Of a DNA stretch of 64,000 nucleotides, positions 18,381 through 27,430 are shown in pieces; the stretch's first letter is position 1, and each line of letters begins with the position of its first letter. Made by a program: the position numbers and the translations under genes. A model generated the notes under the pieces. That model saw only the letters and a program-made list of their open reading frames with translations. It searched no databases and had not been told where the DNA came from. This DNA comes from an uncultured Acidimicrobiales bacterium (GTDB lineage: Bacteria > Actinomycetota > Acidimicrobiia > Acidimicrobiales > SHLQ01): assembly GCA_938038815.1 (NCBI GenBank), contig CALHTF010000004.1:6824-70823 (forward strand). Direction: 5' to 3'.

Positions 18381-20090
18381 GTGGCATCATCGTCGATTTT
18401 GAGCAGGCTCTTCGGAGCACGGCGCCTCGCGCTGGGCATCGTTTTGTGCCTGCTTGCTGCCGGGTGCGCAGCCGATACCGAACCCGAGTTGTTCCTGCTT
18501 CCCGCAGGGACCACCACCACCTCCACCCCCGATCCGTCCGCTGACGATGGTGTGGCCACCACGACCACTTCGACCACGACCACCACCTCCACCTCCACCA
18601 CGGTCCCGCCGGGACGATCCCGCCCGGCCAATCGGGTGCAAACCGAGAACGGCGAGGTGCGCGGTGACCGCACCGGCAACATCGTGTCGTTTCGGGCCAT
18701 CCCGTATGCGGCGGCACCGGTTTTGGGTCGCCGATTCAAATCTCCCCAGCCGCCTGAACCGTGGGATGGGCAGCGCGATGCCACCGAACCAGGGCCGGCG
18801 TGTCCCCAACCCCGGGGCAACGTTGAGGCCCAATTCTTCCCCGTGCCTCGCCAAGACGAAGACTGCCTGACCGTCGATGTGATTACGCCGCGCACCGGCG
18901 ACGACCTGCCGGTCATGGTCTGGTTGCACGGCGGCGACTTCGAAGCCGGCTCGGGTGCATCGAGCGCCTTCGATGGGGCAGCGCTGGCTCGCCGCGATGT
19001 TGTTGTGGTGAGTGTGAACTACCGCCTTGGAGCGATCGGGTTCATGGTCACCGGCGACCTCGCACGGGCCTCCGAAGGCGAGACCTTTGCCAATCGCGGG
19101 ATTCAGGATCAGGTCGCGGCGCTCAAGTGGGTCGAAACCAACATTCGTCGCTTTGGTGGCGACCCCGACAACGTGACCCTGTTCGGTAGCGGCGCCGGTG
19201 CCGAATCGGTGTGTGTGCATCTCGCCGCCGAGGCGAGCGCTGGATTGTTCGACCGGGCGATCCTGCAAGGCGGCGGTGGGTGCGGCGCAACCCAAAGCGT
19301 AGAGGAAGCGATTGGTCAAGGGGCGGCGTTGCTAGCCCAAACCGATTGTGAATCCTCGGCCAGCCCCATCGATTGCCTAGGTCTCATCGGGGTCGAAGCC
19401 TTGCTCGAAGCAACCGCAGCGAGCGGCAATACCTTCGGCTTGGTCGCCGATAACGATCTGATCACCCGCTCCGCGGTGTCGTTGGCGAGTACCGACGACC
19501 TCAACGCGGTCCCGCTCATGGTCGGATCGAACGCCGATGAAGGCACGCTCTTCACCCTCGACGCCGACGACTTGACCGACGAGGAGTTGCGAGAACAGGT
19601 CATCGATGTGGTGGGCGGCGAACAAGAGGCCGACCTCTTGTTGTCCCAGTACCCCCAAGATGCCTCGAACGCGGAGAAGTTGGCCGACTTCATCACCGAT
19701 TCGAAGTACACGTGCCCGGCGGGTCGCTTTGCGTTGCTCGCCAGCGACGACACGACGATCTACAGCTACCAACTGAACCACGCCAGCGCGGACGGCCCCG
19801 GTGAACTCGGCGCAACCCATGGCTCCGAGCAGTACTTCTTATTCGGGAACCCGAGTTCGATGATCGGCTTCGCCGACGAATACGACGACATCGATCAGTC
19901 GGTGTCGAACTTCATGCAACAAGCGTGGACCACCTTTGCTCGAACCGGTTCGCCAGCGAGCGAGTCGGGCGCCGACTGGCCACCGTTCTTCGAAGGGGCC
20001 GAAGCCCACCTGTTGATCGGTCCGGAGCCGACCTTGTCGCCCGAGCTTCAAGAAGGTCGGTGCGCCATCTTGGCCTCGGCCACTGGTTAG
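18381..20090 (+). CDS. Type-B carboxylesterase/lipase-family lipoprotein with an altered nucleophile motif
   Basis: Lipobox LLAAGC plus a Thr-rich linker. Family motifs are FRAIPYAAAP, VMVWLHGGDFEAGSG, NYRLGAIGF, GIQDQVAALKWV, FGGDPDNVTLFG, SNADEGTLF and GATHGSEQYFLFG. The nucleophile elbow reads GSGAG where the family has GESAG. Confidence 0.8.
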   Translation: MASSSILSRLFGARRLALGIVLCLLAAGCAADTEPELFLLPAGTTTTSTPDPSADDGVATTTTSTTTTTSTSTTVPPGRSRPANRVQTENGEVRGDRTGNIVSFRAIPYAAAPVLGRRFKSPQPPEPWDGQRDATEPGPACPQPRGNVEAQFFPVPRQDEDCLTVDVITPRTGDDLPVMVWLHGGDFEAGSGASSAFDGAALARRDVVVVSVNYRLGAIGFMVTGDLARASEGETFANRGIQDQVAALKWVETNIRRFGGDPDNVTLFGSGAGAESVCVHLAAEASAGLFDRAILQGGGGCGATQSVEEAIGQGAALLAQTDCESSASPIDCLGLIGVEALLEATAASGNTFGLVADNDLITRSAVSLASTDDLNAVPLMVGSNADEGTLFTLDADDLTDEELREQVIDVVGGEQEADLLLSQYPQDASNAEKLADFITDSKYTCPAGRFALLASDDTTIYSYQLNHASADGPGELGATHGSEQYFLFGNPSSMIGFADEYDDIDQSVSNFMQQAWTTFARTGSPASESGADWPPFFEGAEAHLLIGPEPTLSPELQEGRCAILASATG

Positions 20091-20095
20091 CCCGC

Positions 20096-21904
20096 CTACT
20101 CGGCGTTATCGATCTCGATCGGGGTCCAACCCCGTACCGAGTTCACCATCCATTGGCGCGGCGACCACGCGAGGTCGTCCTCGACGATGACCCGTTCGAC
20201 CACCATGCCGGTCGCCACCAGTTCGGCTCGAAAGGTACCGGGCAAAAGCCCCGACGTGACCGGCGGGGTGTAGAGGGTGCCGTCGAGTTCGATCACCAGG
20301 TTGCCAATGGTGGTTTCGGTGAGCTCGCCGCGGTCGTTGATCAGCACCACGTCCGGGGCGTCGGGGAAGCGAGCTTGCGCGCTTTCGTACACCTGGCGGC
20401 GGGTGGTCTTGTGGTACAGAAAATCGTCGCCGGGGTCGACCGGTGCGGTGCGGTCGATCGGCAACCGCCAGGGTGCATCGGCCGACGTTCCCAGTGGGAA
20501 CACTTCGATCTCAAACGTGCCGTCGGGGGCGGCGAGCACTCGGATGCGACTCGGTGCGTCCTCCTCGAGGTCGGCGATCGCCATGCGAATGCGAATTTCG
20601 TCGAGCGGGAAGCCAAAGTGGTCGGCCGACGCACGAAGCCGGGCGAGGTGGCGGTTGAAAAGCGCGGCACCCGCCCGAGGATCCCAACCAATGGTTTCCA
20701 GCAGTCGAAAATCCGACTCGGCATGGTCGAGCACCCGGCATTTGGTGCGGGTTTCGTGCCATTCCTTCGCTGGCTCGCTGTCGGCCACGATGCCACCGCC
20801 CACGCCGTACTCGGCGGTCTGGGCGACCCGGTCGACAAAGGCGGTGCGGATTGCCACGTTGAATTCGGCCACCCCGTCGGGGGCGACGGCACCGATGACG
20901 CCGGTGTAGATACCGCGCGGTTCGGGTTCGAGTTCGGCGATGATCTCGCACGTGCGTACCTTTGGTGCCCCGGTGATCGAAGCGACCGGGTACAGCGCGG
21001 CGAAGAGGTCGGCGATCGATGCGTTGGTCTCGGCTTGGACGGTCGAGGTCATCGTGTGGATCGTGGGGTAGTGCTCGACGGTTAGCAGGTCAGAAACCGA
21101 CACGGTGCCGATCTCGGCGATCCGGCCTAGATCGTTGCGAACCATGTCGACGATCATCGTGTTTTCGGCCCGGTCTTTGACGCTTGTTCGCAGGGCCTCG
21201 GCTGCTGCGTTGTCCCACTCGGGGTCTGGGTGGCGGGCGGCGGTGCCCTTCATGGGGCGAGAGATGACCCGGCGCCCTTCTTTGCGAAAGAACAGCTCCG
21301 GCGAGGCCGAACAGATCGCCCGGTCGCCCATATCGATGTAGGCGCCATGAGCAGCGTTTTGGGCCCGCGACAAGTCGGCAAAGAAGGCATAGTCGTCGCC
21401 GACGAAGCTGGCGCGCTGGCGGATCGAATAGTTCACCTGGTAGGTATCGCCGGCCAGTATGTATTCCTGGACCTGGCGGATCGCCGCTTCGTAGTCGGAC
21501 TGGTTCTGGCTCGTCGTCCACGGACCGACGCGGTACTCGCCAGTTTCGGGCGGTCGGGTCACGACCGGCTCGGCGAAGACCCCCAGCGCAACCAACGGAA
21601 CACGTTCGTGGCGATGGGAAACTATCGCCGAGTCAAAGGCCGGCCCAGCGTCATACGACACCATCCCGGCGACCCACCGACCTTGGCTCACGTGGTGATC
21701 GACCTGCTCCATCGCCGGCATGACCTGCGCGTGGTCATGGGCGACGATCACCTCGATCGGGTCGACGAAGTCGAGCCACCGGCGCCGGCCACGCAGCGGG
21801 AACTGCAACACGATTCGGCGCAGGTCGAGGCCGGCGGCGCTACCAGGAGGCTGGGTGGGGGCAGGCATGGGTGGGGGTGTAGGTCTATTCGAAGCGGTGA
21901 ACAA
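20096..21904 (-). CDS. pabB: Aminodeoxychorismate synthase component I fused to an aminodeoxychorismate lyase-like (class IV aminotransferase fold) domain
   Basis: Chorismate-binding motifs SPELFFR, PMKGTAAR, DRAENTMIVDMVRNDLGR, TGAPKVRTCEII and PRGIYTGVIG. The C-terminal 230 aa or so (FRLLETIGW...LYHKTTRR...NDRGELTETTIGNLV) resembles PabC/IlvE-fold lyases. The start could be the second Met at 21868. Confidence 0.8.
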   Translation of the reverse strand: MFTASNRPTPPPMPAPTQPPGSAAGLDLRRIVLQFPLRGRRRWLDFVDPIEVIVAHDHAQVMPAMEQVDHHVSQGRWVAGMVSYDAGPAFDSAIVSHRHERVPLVALGVFAEPVVTRPPETGEYRVGPWTTSQNQSDYEAAIRQVQEYILAGDTYQVNYSIRQRASFVGDDYAFFADLSRAQNAAHGAYIDMGDRAICSASPELFFRKEGRRVISRPMKGTAARHPDPEWDNAAAEALRTSVKDRAENTMIVDMVRNDLGRIAEIGTVSVSDLLTVEHYPTIHTMTSTVQAETNASIADLFAALYPVASITGAPKVRTCEIIAELEPEPRGIYTGVIGAVAPDGVAEFNVAIRTAFVDRVAQTAEYGVGGGIVADSEPAKEWHETRTKCRVLDHAESDFRLLETIGWDPRAGAALFNRHLARLRASADHFGFPLDEIRIRMAIADLEEDAPSRIRVLAAPDGTFEIEVFPLGTSADAPWRLPIDRTAPVDPGDDFLYHKTTRRQVYESAQARFPDAPDVVLINDRGELTETTIGNLVIELDGTLYTPPVTSGLLPGTFRAELVATGMVVERVIVEDDLAWSPRQWMVNSVRGWTPIEIDNAE

Positions 21905-23093
21905 AGAGCCCCGAGCGAGGCTTGGGTTCGAAGTACGACGACTTAGGAGGCATAAGCCCCTGCGAGTCAGCGACGGCGATGATCTGTTCGATCGTGGTCG
22001 GGTGCATCACAAAGGCTACGCCCTGGTCGCGGTCGCAGCGCTCGACCAGTTCGGCGATGCCGACCGGGTCGGCAAGGTATTCGATTGCATCGTCGCCGTT
22101 GGGGTCAGTGATTCCCAGGATCGGCGCGAGGACCTTCGCCTGGAGAAGTTCGGCGTCGATGGCCGGCGAGAACGTCGGGTCCTCCGGGAGGGCGAACCGG
22201 TACCAGGTGCGATCGAGATAGACGGTGGCTTCGCCGCTAGCGGAAGGGCGAGGATGGCCACTGGGGGTGTCGACCAATGTAGTGATCGAGCCCACGGCGC
22301 CCAACGCTTCGACCAACTCCGCCGGGGAGAGTCCGTTGGTGTGGCGGACCCGACGATGGAACGCCAGTATGCGTTGTTCGTCGGCGGGGAAGCTCACCGA
22401 AAGGACTCGGCTGTGGGGCGACCCTGGGTTCTTGCTCGCCGCTACTGCGGCCGCGCCGAATCGATGGTGACCGTCGGTGATGTACAAGGTCAGCGACTGA
22501 AGCTCGGCCTGAAGGGCCACCGTTTGGGCCTCGGTGGTGCGCCACAAGGTCTGCTCGACCGCACCAGCCGATGTGGTCAACGCCGGTTCGGTGGCGGTGA
22601 TCTCGTTGATCATGGCGGTCAGCATTGGGGTGGAAACGTGGGCCAACGCAACCGGGCTCGATGCCGCACCAACCGCTTCGAGGTGCTGGGCCAGCAGCTC
22701 GGCTCGGGCGGGAAGGATGTTCTCGTGTTTGCGAATCCGGCCATCGTGGGTGGCTTCGGTCGGCATCATGCCCACGATGCCGGTCTGGGCGTGGTGCTCG
22801 AGCGCGAGTCGGTAGATCAGCAGTCCTTCGGTGGGCGGCGGGTCGTACACCTCAGCCTCAAAGAGCCGTTCGAGCGCCGCACCGCACGATGTGAGAAGCG
22901 CTTGTATCTCGGCGTCGGTAGCGGCGGAGTCGGCGGGCGACCGAGTGACGTTGAGGTAACTCCACGGGTTATTCCGCGCGATTTCGTCGCGTTCGGCATC
23001 GCTCATGGCGTCATAGGCCCGCGACACGACGCGATCGGCCCAATCGGGCTTCACGATGTGCGCTCCGAGCGACTGGAAGAGTGGCTGGGTCAC
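21885..23093 (-). CDS. DUF1015-family protein
   Basis: Start GTG at 23093 overlaps the serA stop (GTGA). N-terminus PLFQSLGAHIVKPDWADRVVSRAYDAMSDAERDEI and an internal ITDGHHRFGAA, as I recall for DUF1015. The N-terminal extension of the 677-aa track ORF lies inside serA in another frame. Confidence 0.7.
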   Translation of the reverse strand: MTQPLFQSLGAHIVKPDWADRVVSRAYDAMSDAERDEIARNNPWSYLNVTRSPADSAATDAEIQALLTSCGAALERLFEAEVYDPPPTEGLLIYRLALEHHAQTGIVGMMPTEATHDGRIRKHENILPARAELLAQHLEAVGAASSPVALAHVSTPMLTAMINEITATEPALTTSAGAVEQTLWRTTEAQTVALQAELQSLTLYITDGHHRFGAAAVAASKNPGSPHSRVLSVSFPADEQRILAFHRRVRHTNGLSPAELVEALGAVGSITTLVDTPSGHPRPSASGEATVYLDRTWYRFALPEDPTFSPAIDAELLQAKVLAPILGITDPNGDDAIEYLADPVGIAELVERCDRDQGVAFVMHPTTIEQIIAVADSQGLMPPKSSYFEPKPRSGLFVHRFE

Positions 23094-24292
23094 GAGATCT
23101 TCCAACTGGTTGCTTGGATGACGTCGTCGATGTTGTTGAGCGCTTCGAGTACGTCGTCGCCCAGCGCGCCGGCGACATCGATGGTGGCAACCGCGGCGTT
23201 CGAGCCGGCAAAGATCTGGTTTTGCATGGTTTCGACGTTGATGCCGCTGCGTCGCAGAACATCGAACACCTGAGCCAGCACGCCAACCCGGTCGAAGTGA
23301 CGCACGATCAACGACGCGGTAGCCGCCGAGACGACCTCCATGTTCACGCAGTTGAGTAGTTGGCCTGCGGTGTAGCTCTCGATGACTTCGATGACGCCGG
23401 CGGCGATCGCCGCTTGGCTCTGCTCGGTCGAGGCGCCGATGTGATGGGTGCCGACCACATTGGGGTGCGATGCCAGCTCGCAGTTGAACTCGCCGGTGGC
23501 CGACGGTTCGTTGCAGTACACGTCGAGGCCGGCGCGCAAACCGTTGTCGAGAGCGGCGACCAACGCCGGCTCGTCGATGAGCTCGCCTCGGCTGGTGTTC
23601 AGCAGTACGGCGTCGGGCTTCATCTTGGCGAGGAAGTCGGCGTCGACCATTGCCTTGGTGGCGTCGTTGGCCGGTACATGCAGCGAGATGATGTCGCAAG
23701 TGGCGAGCAGTTCGTCGGTGGTGTCGAGGAGCTTGACACCCGTGGCCCGGATGCGATTCTCGACTTCGGTGCTCCGCCCGTCTTTGCGAACGGCATAGGT
23801 CGTGATGCCAAAGGCGCGAGCGCGCTCGGCCAAGGCCAACCCAATCGAACCGACACCGATGATGCCGAGGGTCTTGCCGAAAAGTCCATCGGCCTTGGAG
23901 TACTTCTTCTTGTCCCATTGGTTGTTGCGGAGATCGGCAACGTTGTCGGCGATCCGGCGATCGACGGCGAGCAACAGACCCATCGCCAATTCGGCGACGG
24001 CGATCGAGTTCTGGCCGGGGACATTGCAGACATACACACCAGCGTCGGCGGCGGCCGCTTTGTCGATGGTGTTGGTTCCGGCACCGGCTCGCAAAACCAT
24101 GCTGAGCTGTTGGCCGTTGGTGATCGTGTCGGCGTTCACCTTGGTGCTTCGCACAATCAAGATGTTGTGGTCGCCGATCGCGTCAGGCAGGGTGTCGCCG
24201 TTCAGGTCCGGATCGATCGTGATCTCGTGACCAGCCTCCCGGAGTACGGCGAGCGATGGCTCGGGGAAAGCGTCTGCAAAGAGCAGTTTCAT
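23090..24292 (-). CDS. serA: D-3-phosphoglycerate dehydrogenase with a C-terminal ACT domain
   Basis: NAD-binding GIIGVGSIGLALAERA, plus SLHVP, LLNTSRGELID and GTHHIGAST. ACT-like C-terminus LIVRHFDRVGVLAQVFDVLRRSGINVETM. Confidence 0.9.
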   Translation of the reverse strand: MKLLFADAFPEPSLAVLREAGHEITIDPDLNGDTLPDAIGDHNILIVRSTKVNADTITNGQQLSMVLRAGAGTNTIDKAAAADAGVYVCNVPGQNSIAVAELAMGLLLAVDRRIADNVADLRNNQWDKKKYSKADGLFGKTLGIIGVGSIGLALAERARAFGITTYAVRKDGRSTEVENRIRATGVKLLDTTDELLATCDIISLHVPANDATKAMVDADFLAKMKPDAVLLNTSRGELIDEPALVAALDNGLRAGLDVYCNEPSATGEFNCELASHPNVVGTHHIGASTEQSQAAIAAGVIEVIESYTAGQLLNCVNMEVVSAATASLIVRHFDRVGVLAQVFDVLRRSGINVETMQNQIFAGSNAAVATIDVAGALGDDVLEALNNIDDVIQATSWKIS

Positions 24293-24384
24293 TTTCTTCC
24301 TTCCGACATGTCGTTTCCGGCGTGGATGCGGGAAACAAAGATGTCGATTCTTGGCGGTTTGGTTGTGAGTAGAACAGTAGAGGG

Positions 24385-25107
24385 TTATTCGTCTCGTGAA
24401 AACACTCGCAGGGTTATCGCCTGACCGAACACATAGCCGTCTGCGCGTTTTTCGCCATGGGAATGGAACAGCTCGCTAGAGCGCTCGCGCTGGTTGGCCA
24501 TCTGTTCGGCCCGACTCGGGTCGATGCCCACGATCACGTGTTCCCACTCGGCGAAGTCGCGATAGACGCTTTCGGTGGCGTACCTCGTCGTGATCGTCGG
24601 GGTGAAACCGATCGATGGGGCGGTGTCGAGGGCGTCTTGGGCCAAGCCTCGAACCACGGTTTCGTCGTCGATGTGTTTGCTGGCCTCAAAGCCCGGACCG
24701 TGCGGTTCGGGTTCGGCGACGTACAAGATTCCGCCCGGCGCCAGTACCCGGTAGGACTCGGCAACCGCCGCTTCCATGTGGTCGGCGGGAACGTGGTGCA
24801 ACGAGTAGCTAAAGATCACCACGTCGACCGACTGGTCGTCGAACGGTAGGTCCTGACCCACCCCATCGACATACGCGTGGTGATTTTCGGGGTCGGCGTC
24901 GAGCGCTCGCTGGCGCATCACCTCACCGCACTCCACCCCGACCGCGTCGGCGCCCTTGCGGCGAAGAAATCGGACGAGTTCGCCAGCGCCACAGCCAACG
25001 TCGACCACCTTGTTGCCCACAACGTCGACATGATGCACTACGGCGTCGGCATTGCTCATTTTCCGAAGTTCGGCGGGAGGAGTTGTTGGGTCGACCATGG
25101 GATGCAA
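24385..25107 (-). CDS. Class I SAM-dependent methyltransferase
   Basis: Motif I VVDVGCGAGELVRFL, post-I AVGVE and motif II DVVIFSYSLHHV. Confidence 0.8.
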   Translation of the reverse strand: MHPMVDPTTPPAELRKMSNADAVVHHVDVVGNKVVDVGCGAGELVRFLRRKGADAVGVECGEVMRQRALDADPENHHAYVDGVGQDLPFDDQSVDVVIFSYSLHHVPADHMEAAVAESYRVLAPGGILYVAEPEPHGPGFEASKHIDDETVVRGLAQDALDTAPSIGFTPTITTRYATESVYRDFAEWEHVIVGIDPSRAEQMANQRERSSELFHSHGEKRADGYVFGQAITLRVFSRDE

Positions 25108-25125
25108 CGTAGCAACCGGAGCTGG

Positions 25126-26502
25126 TTAGACCGACTCGGGTTCGGCGTCGGCGGTGGTCTCCTCAGGCGGAACCGGCCACGGCTGGTCGCGCTTGCGCTT
25201 TGGAATGAGGTGGGCGGCCATGCTCGACGCCCGCGAGGGGAACGGAACGTAGCGGCGCTGGCGTTCGATCGGCGCCGCCTCGGCAACAAAGATGCGGTAG
25301 CTGACCCAGATGGCGATCAACGCCGTGCCAAAGGCCATTGTCCAGTAGAACCACTCCGGCCCAAAGAGCGACATGGTTGCGGCAGCGGCGATCGGCCCGA
25401 GGACCGCTCCGGCACCGTTGACGCGAACTTGGGCGCCGCTGGCGCCCAGAATCTGATCGGGTCGGAGCCAGTCGTTGGTGTAAGCAATGCCGAGCGAATA
25501 GAGCGGAAAGATCGTGCCGCCGAGCAGGAACATCGAGACCAGAACCAGGTTGTTGCCGGGCCGCATCGTGATCGGCGCGAGCGCGGCCAGGGTGGCGACG
25601 ATGCTGGTTGCAAAGATCACGCCTCGGCGAGGGATGCGGTCGCTGATCCACCCGATCGGCATCTGGGTGGCTAGCGCTCCAGCCATCGGGGCAGCCAAGA
25701 AGAAGGGGAGGCGCCGCGGACCCATGCCCACGTTCGACGCGTAGATCGCGCTGATGCCGAGCAACGTGCCGGAGGTGAGCCCGACCAGAAACGAGGTGAT
25801 GAGGCCAGTGGGCACCACACTCCAAACGTCGGCGATCGAGGTACGGGTCGGGACTTCGGCGCGAGGTCCGGTGGTCGCCGATAGGGAAATCGGCACCAAG
25901 GCGATCGACACCAACACCGAAACCAAGACGAACAGGGTGAAACCGTTTGTGTCGGCCACGTTCAACAGCAACTGACCAATCGCCACGCCACCCATGGAGA
26001 CCAACATGTAGACCGAGAGCAGGCGACCTCGGGTTTCGTTGGTGGCGAGTTCGTTGAGCCAGGACTCCACCACCACGTACAGCCCCGCCATGCACAAGCC
26101 AAAAACGAATCGCATCGCGAACCACACGGGCGGATTCACAAACACAGCGTGGATCAGCACCGTGCTCGACGCCAACGAGGCCAAGGCTGCGAACACCCGG
26201 ATATGGCCGACAACCGAAAGTGCTCGCTGGGCGTACAAGCTGCCGGCGAAGAACCCGGCGAAGTAGGCCGCCATGATGAGTCCACTGATCGCCAGGCCAA
26301 AGCCTTCGGCCTCCGAGCGCACACCGAGCAGCGACCCTTGAAGCCCGTTGCCGATCATCACCATGCCGAGGCCCACAAAGAGCGCCCAGGTGGCGGCGAC
26401 GGTGCTCGAACGCGCCAACAGGCCGCGTTCGCGCAACTTGGTTTTTGTGGGGGGCGACGCGACAGGACCGGGGGTCGAGTCAACGACGGGCTGATCAGTC
26501 AT
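25126..26502 (-). CDS. MFS transporter
   Basis: 458 aa with about 12 predicted TM helices. An MFS loop-like DRIPRRG lies between helices. Confidence 0.8.
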   Translation of the reverse strand: MTDQPVVDSTPGPVASPPTKTKLRERGLLARSSTVAATWALFVGLGMVMIGNGLQGSLLGVRSEAEGFGLAISGLIMAAYFAGFFAGSLYAQRALSVVGHIRVFAALASLASSTVLIHAVFVNPPVWFAMRFVFGLCMAGLYVVVESWLNELATNETRGRLLSVYMLVSMGGVAIGQLLLNVADTNGFTLFVLVSVLVSIALVPISLSATTGPRAEVPTRTSIADVWSVVPTGLITSFLVGLTSGTLLGISAIYASNVGMGPRRLPFFLAAPMAGALATQMPIGWISDRIPRRGVIFATSIVATLAALAPITMRPGNNLVLVSMFLLGGTIFPLYSLGIAYTNDWLRPDQILGASGAQVRVNGAGAVLGPIAAAATMSLFGPEWFYWTMAFGTALIAIWVSYRIFVAEAAPIERQRRYVPFPSRASSMAAHLIPKRKRDQPWPVPPEETTADAEPESV

Positions 26503-26575
26503 TGGCGGGAAGGGTACAACCGAAGTTTGGTGGTGAGACAGAACTTTTTCGTCGTGACCTGGAGAAAGCGCTGGT

Positions 26576-27400
26576 TTAGCTGTTCATCTTTGGAAGCAGG
26601 GCGATCTGACGGGCTTCGACGATGAGGCCCCGCTCGGGATCCCAGAGTTCGGCGTCGCCGCTGAACATTCCGCCGAAGATGTATTTGGACCCGTAGGTGG
26701 TTACCAGAGCTGGTGATACCGGGCGCTGGCGGAAATGAATGGTGAGCTCGACCGTCGGCGCCCAACCGATCGGCAAATCGGTATTAAAGATCGTGGGCGG
26801 AAACGCATCGGCAAACATAGTGAGCGCCACCGCATCGAGCGGTTCGTCGTCGAGCAATCCCAGCCAGCCACCCATAACTGGCTCGCCCGCTGGTGCGCCT
26901 TGAGCAAACCCGATGTACCGGGGGTCGTGGCGGATGTCGAACTTGCTCACGAACGACGGCGGATAGAACGACCCGTCGCCCCGTTCGCCCAAGGTGCGGA
27001 TGCAGTCTTCGCGAGCGGCCATCTCGGGTTGGGACGACAAGATCAACTCGGGCCCTTCGAGTTTGTCGAAGTCGCCCAAGGTCGACATGGCCCGGATGAT
27101 CTCCTTGCCGTTCTGGGTAATGACGGCACCGACCGTCGACAAGGTTCGTCCCTCGCGGCCCCGTTCGATACGGATCGTCGCCGGCCCGGGCATGGCGGGC
27201 CGTTCGAAGTGAGCGTTCACGCTGAGCGGGTCGGGTTTGTCGACCGCGTCGATCATGGCCCGCACAGCAAACGACAACGCGAAGCCACCGTTGATCACCG
27301 TGCCGATGTCCCACCCTTCGGGAATGTCTGCCTCATAGGTATCGTCGGCGACGAGCGATACAGCGGTCTGATCTCGGTACGAAGGAGCCATAGGCGCCAA
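26576..27400 (-). CDS. Acyl-CoA thioesterase-like (double hotdog) protein
   Basis: 274 aa with a two-lobed pattern similar to TesB-like thioesterase-family proteins (GWDIGTVINGGFALSFAVRA...; ...PIGWAPTVELTIHF). Family-level call only. Confidence 0.55.
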   Translation of the reverse strand: MAPMAPSYRDQTAVSLVADDTYEADIPEGWDIGTVINGGFALSFAVRAMIDAVDKPDPLSVNAHFERPAMPGPATIRIERGREGRTLSTVGAVITQNGKEIIRAMSTLGDFDKLEGPELILSSQPEMAAREDCIRTLGERGDGSFYPPSFVSKFDIRHDPRYIGFAQGAPAGEPVMGGWLGLLDDEPLDAVALTMFADAFPPTIFNTDLPIGWAPTVELTIHFRQRPVSPALVTTYGSKYIFGGMFSGDAELWDPERGLIVEARQIALLPKMNS

Positions 27401-27430
27401 TCATCGTGCACCCGGGTGAGCGACCCAAAT

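Noticed and set aside
23094-23918. N-terminal extension of the 677-aa track ORF 21885-23918.
   Set aside because: It overlaps serA in a different frame and is Arg-rich nonsense. The DUF1015-like sequence begins at the GTG that overlaps the serA stop.
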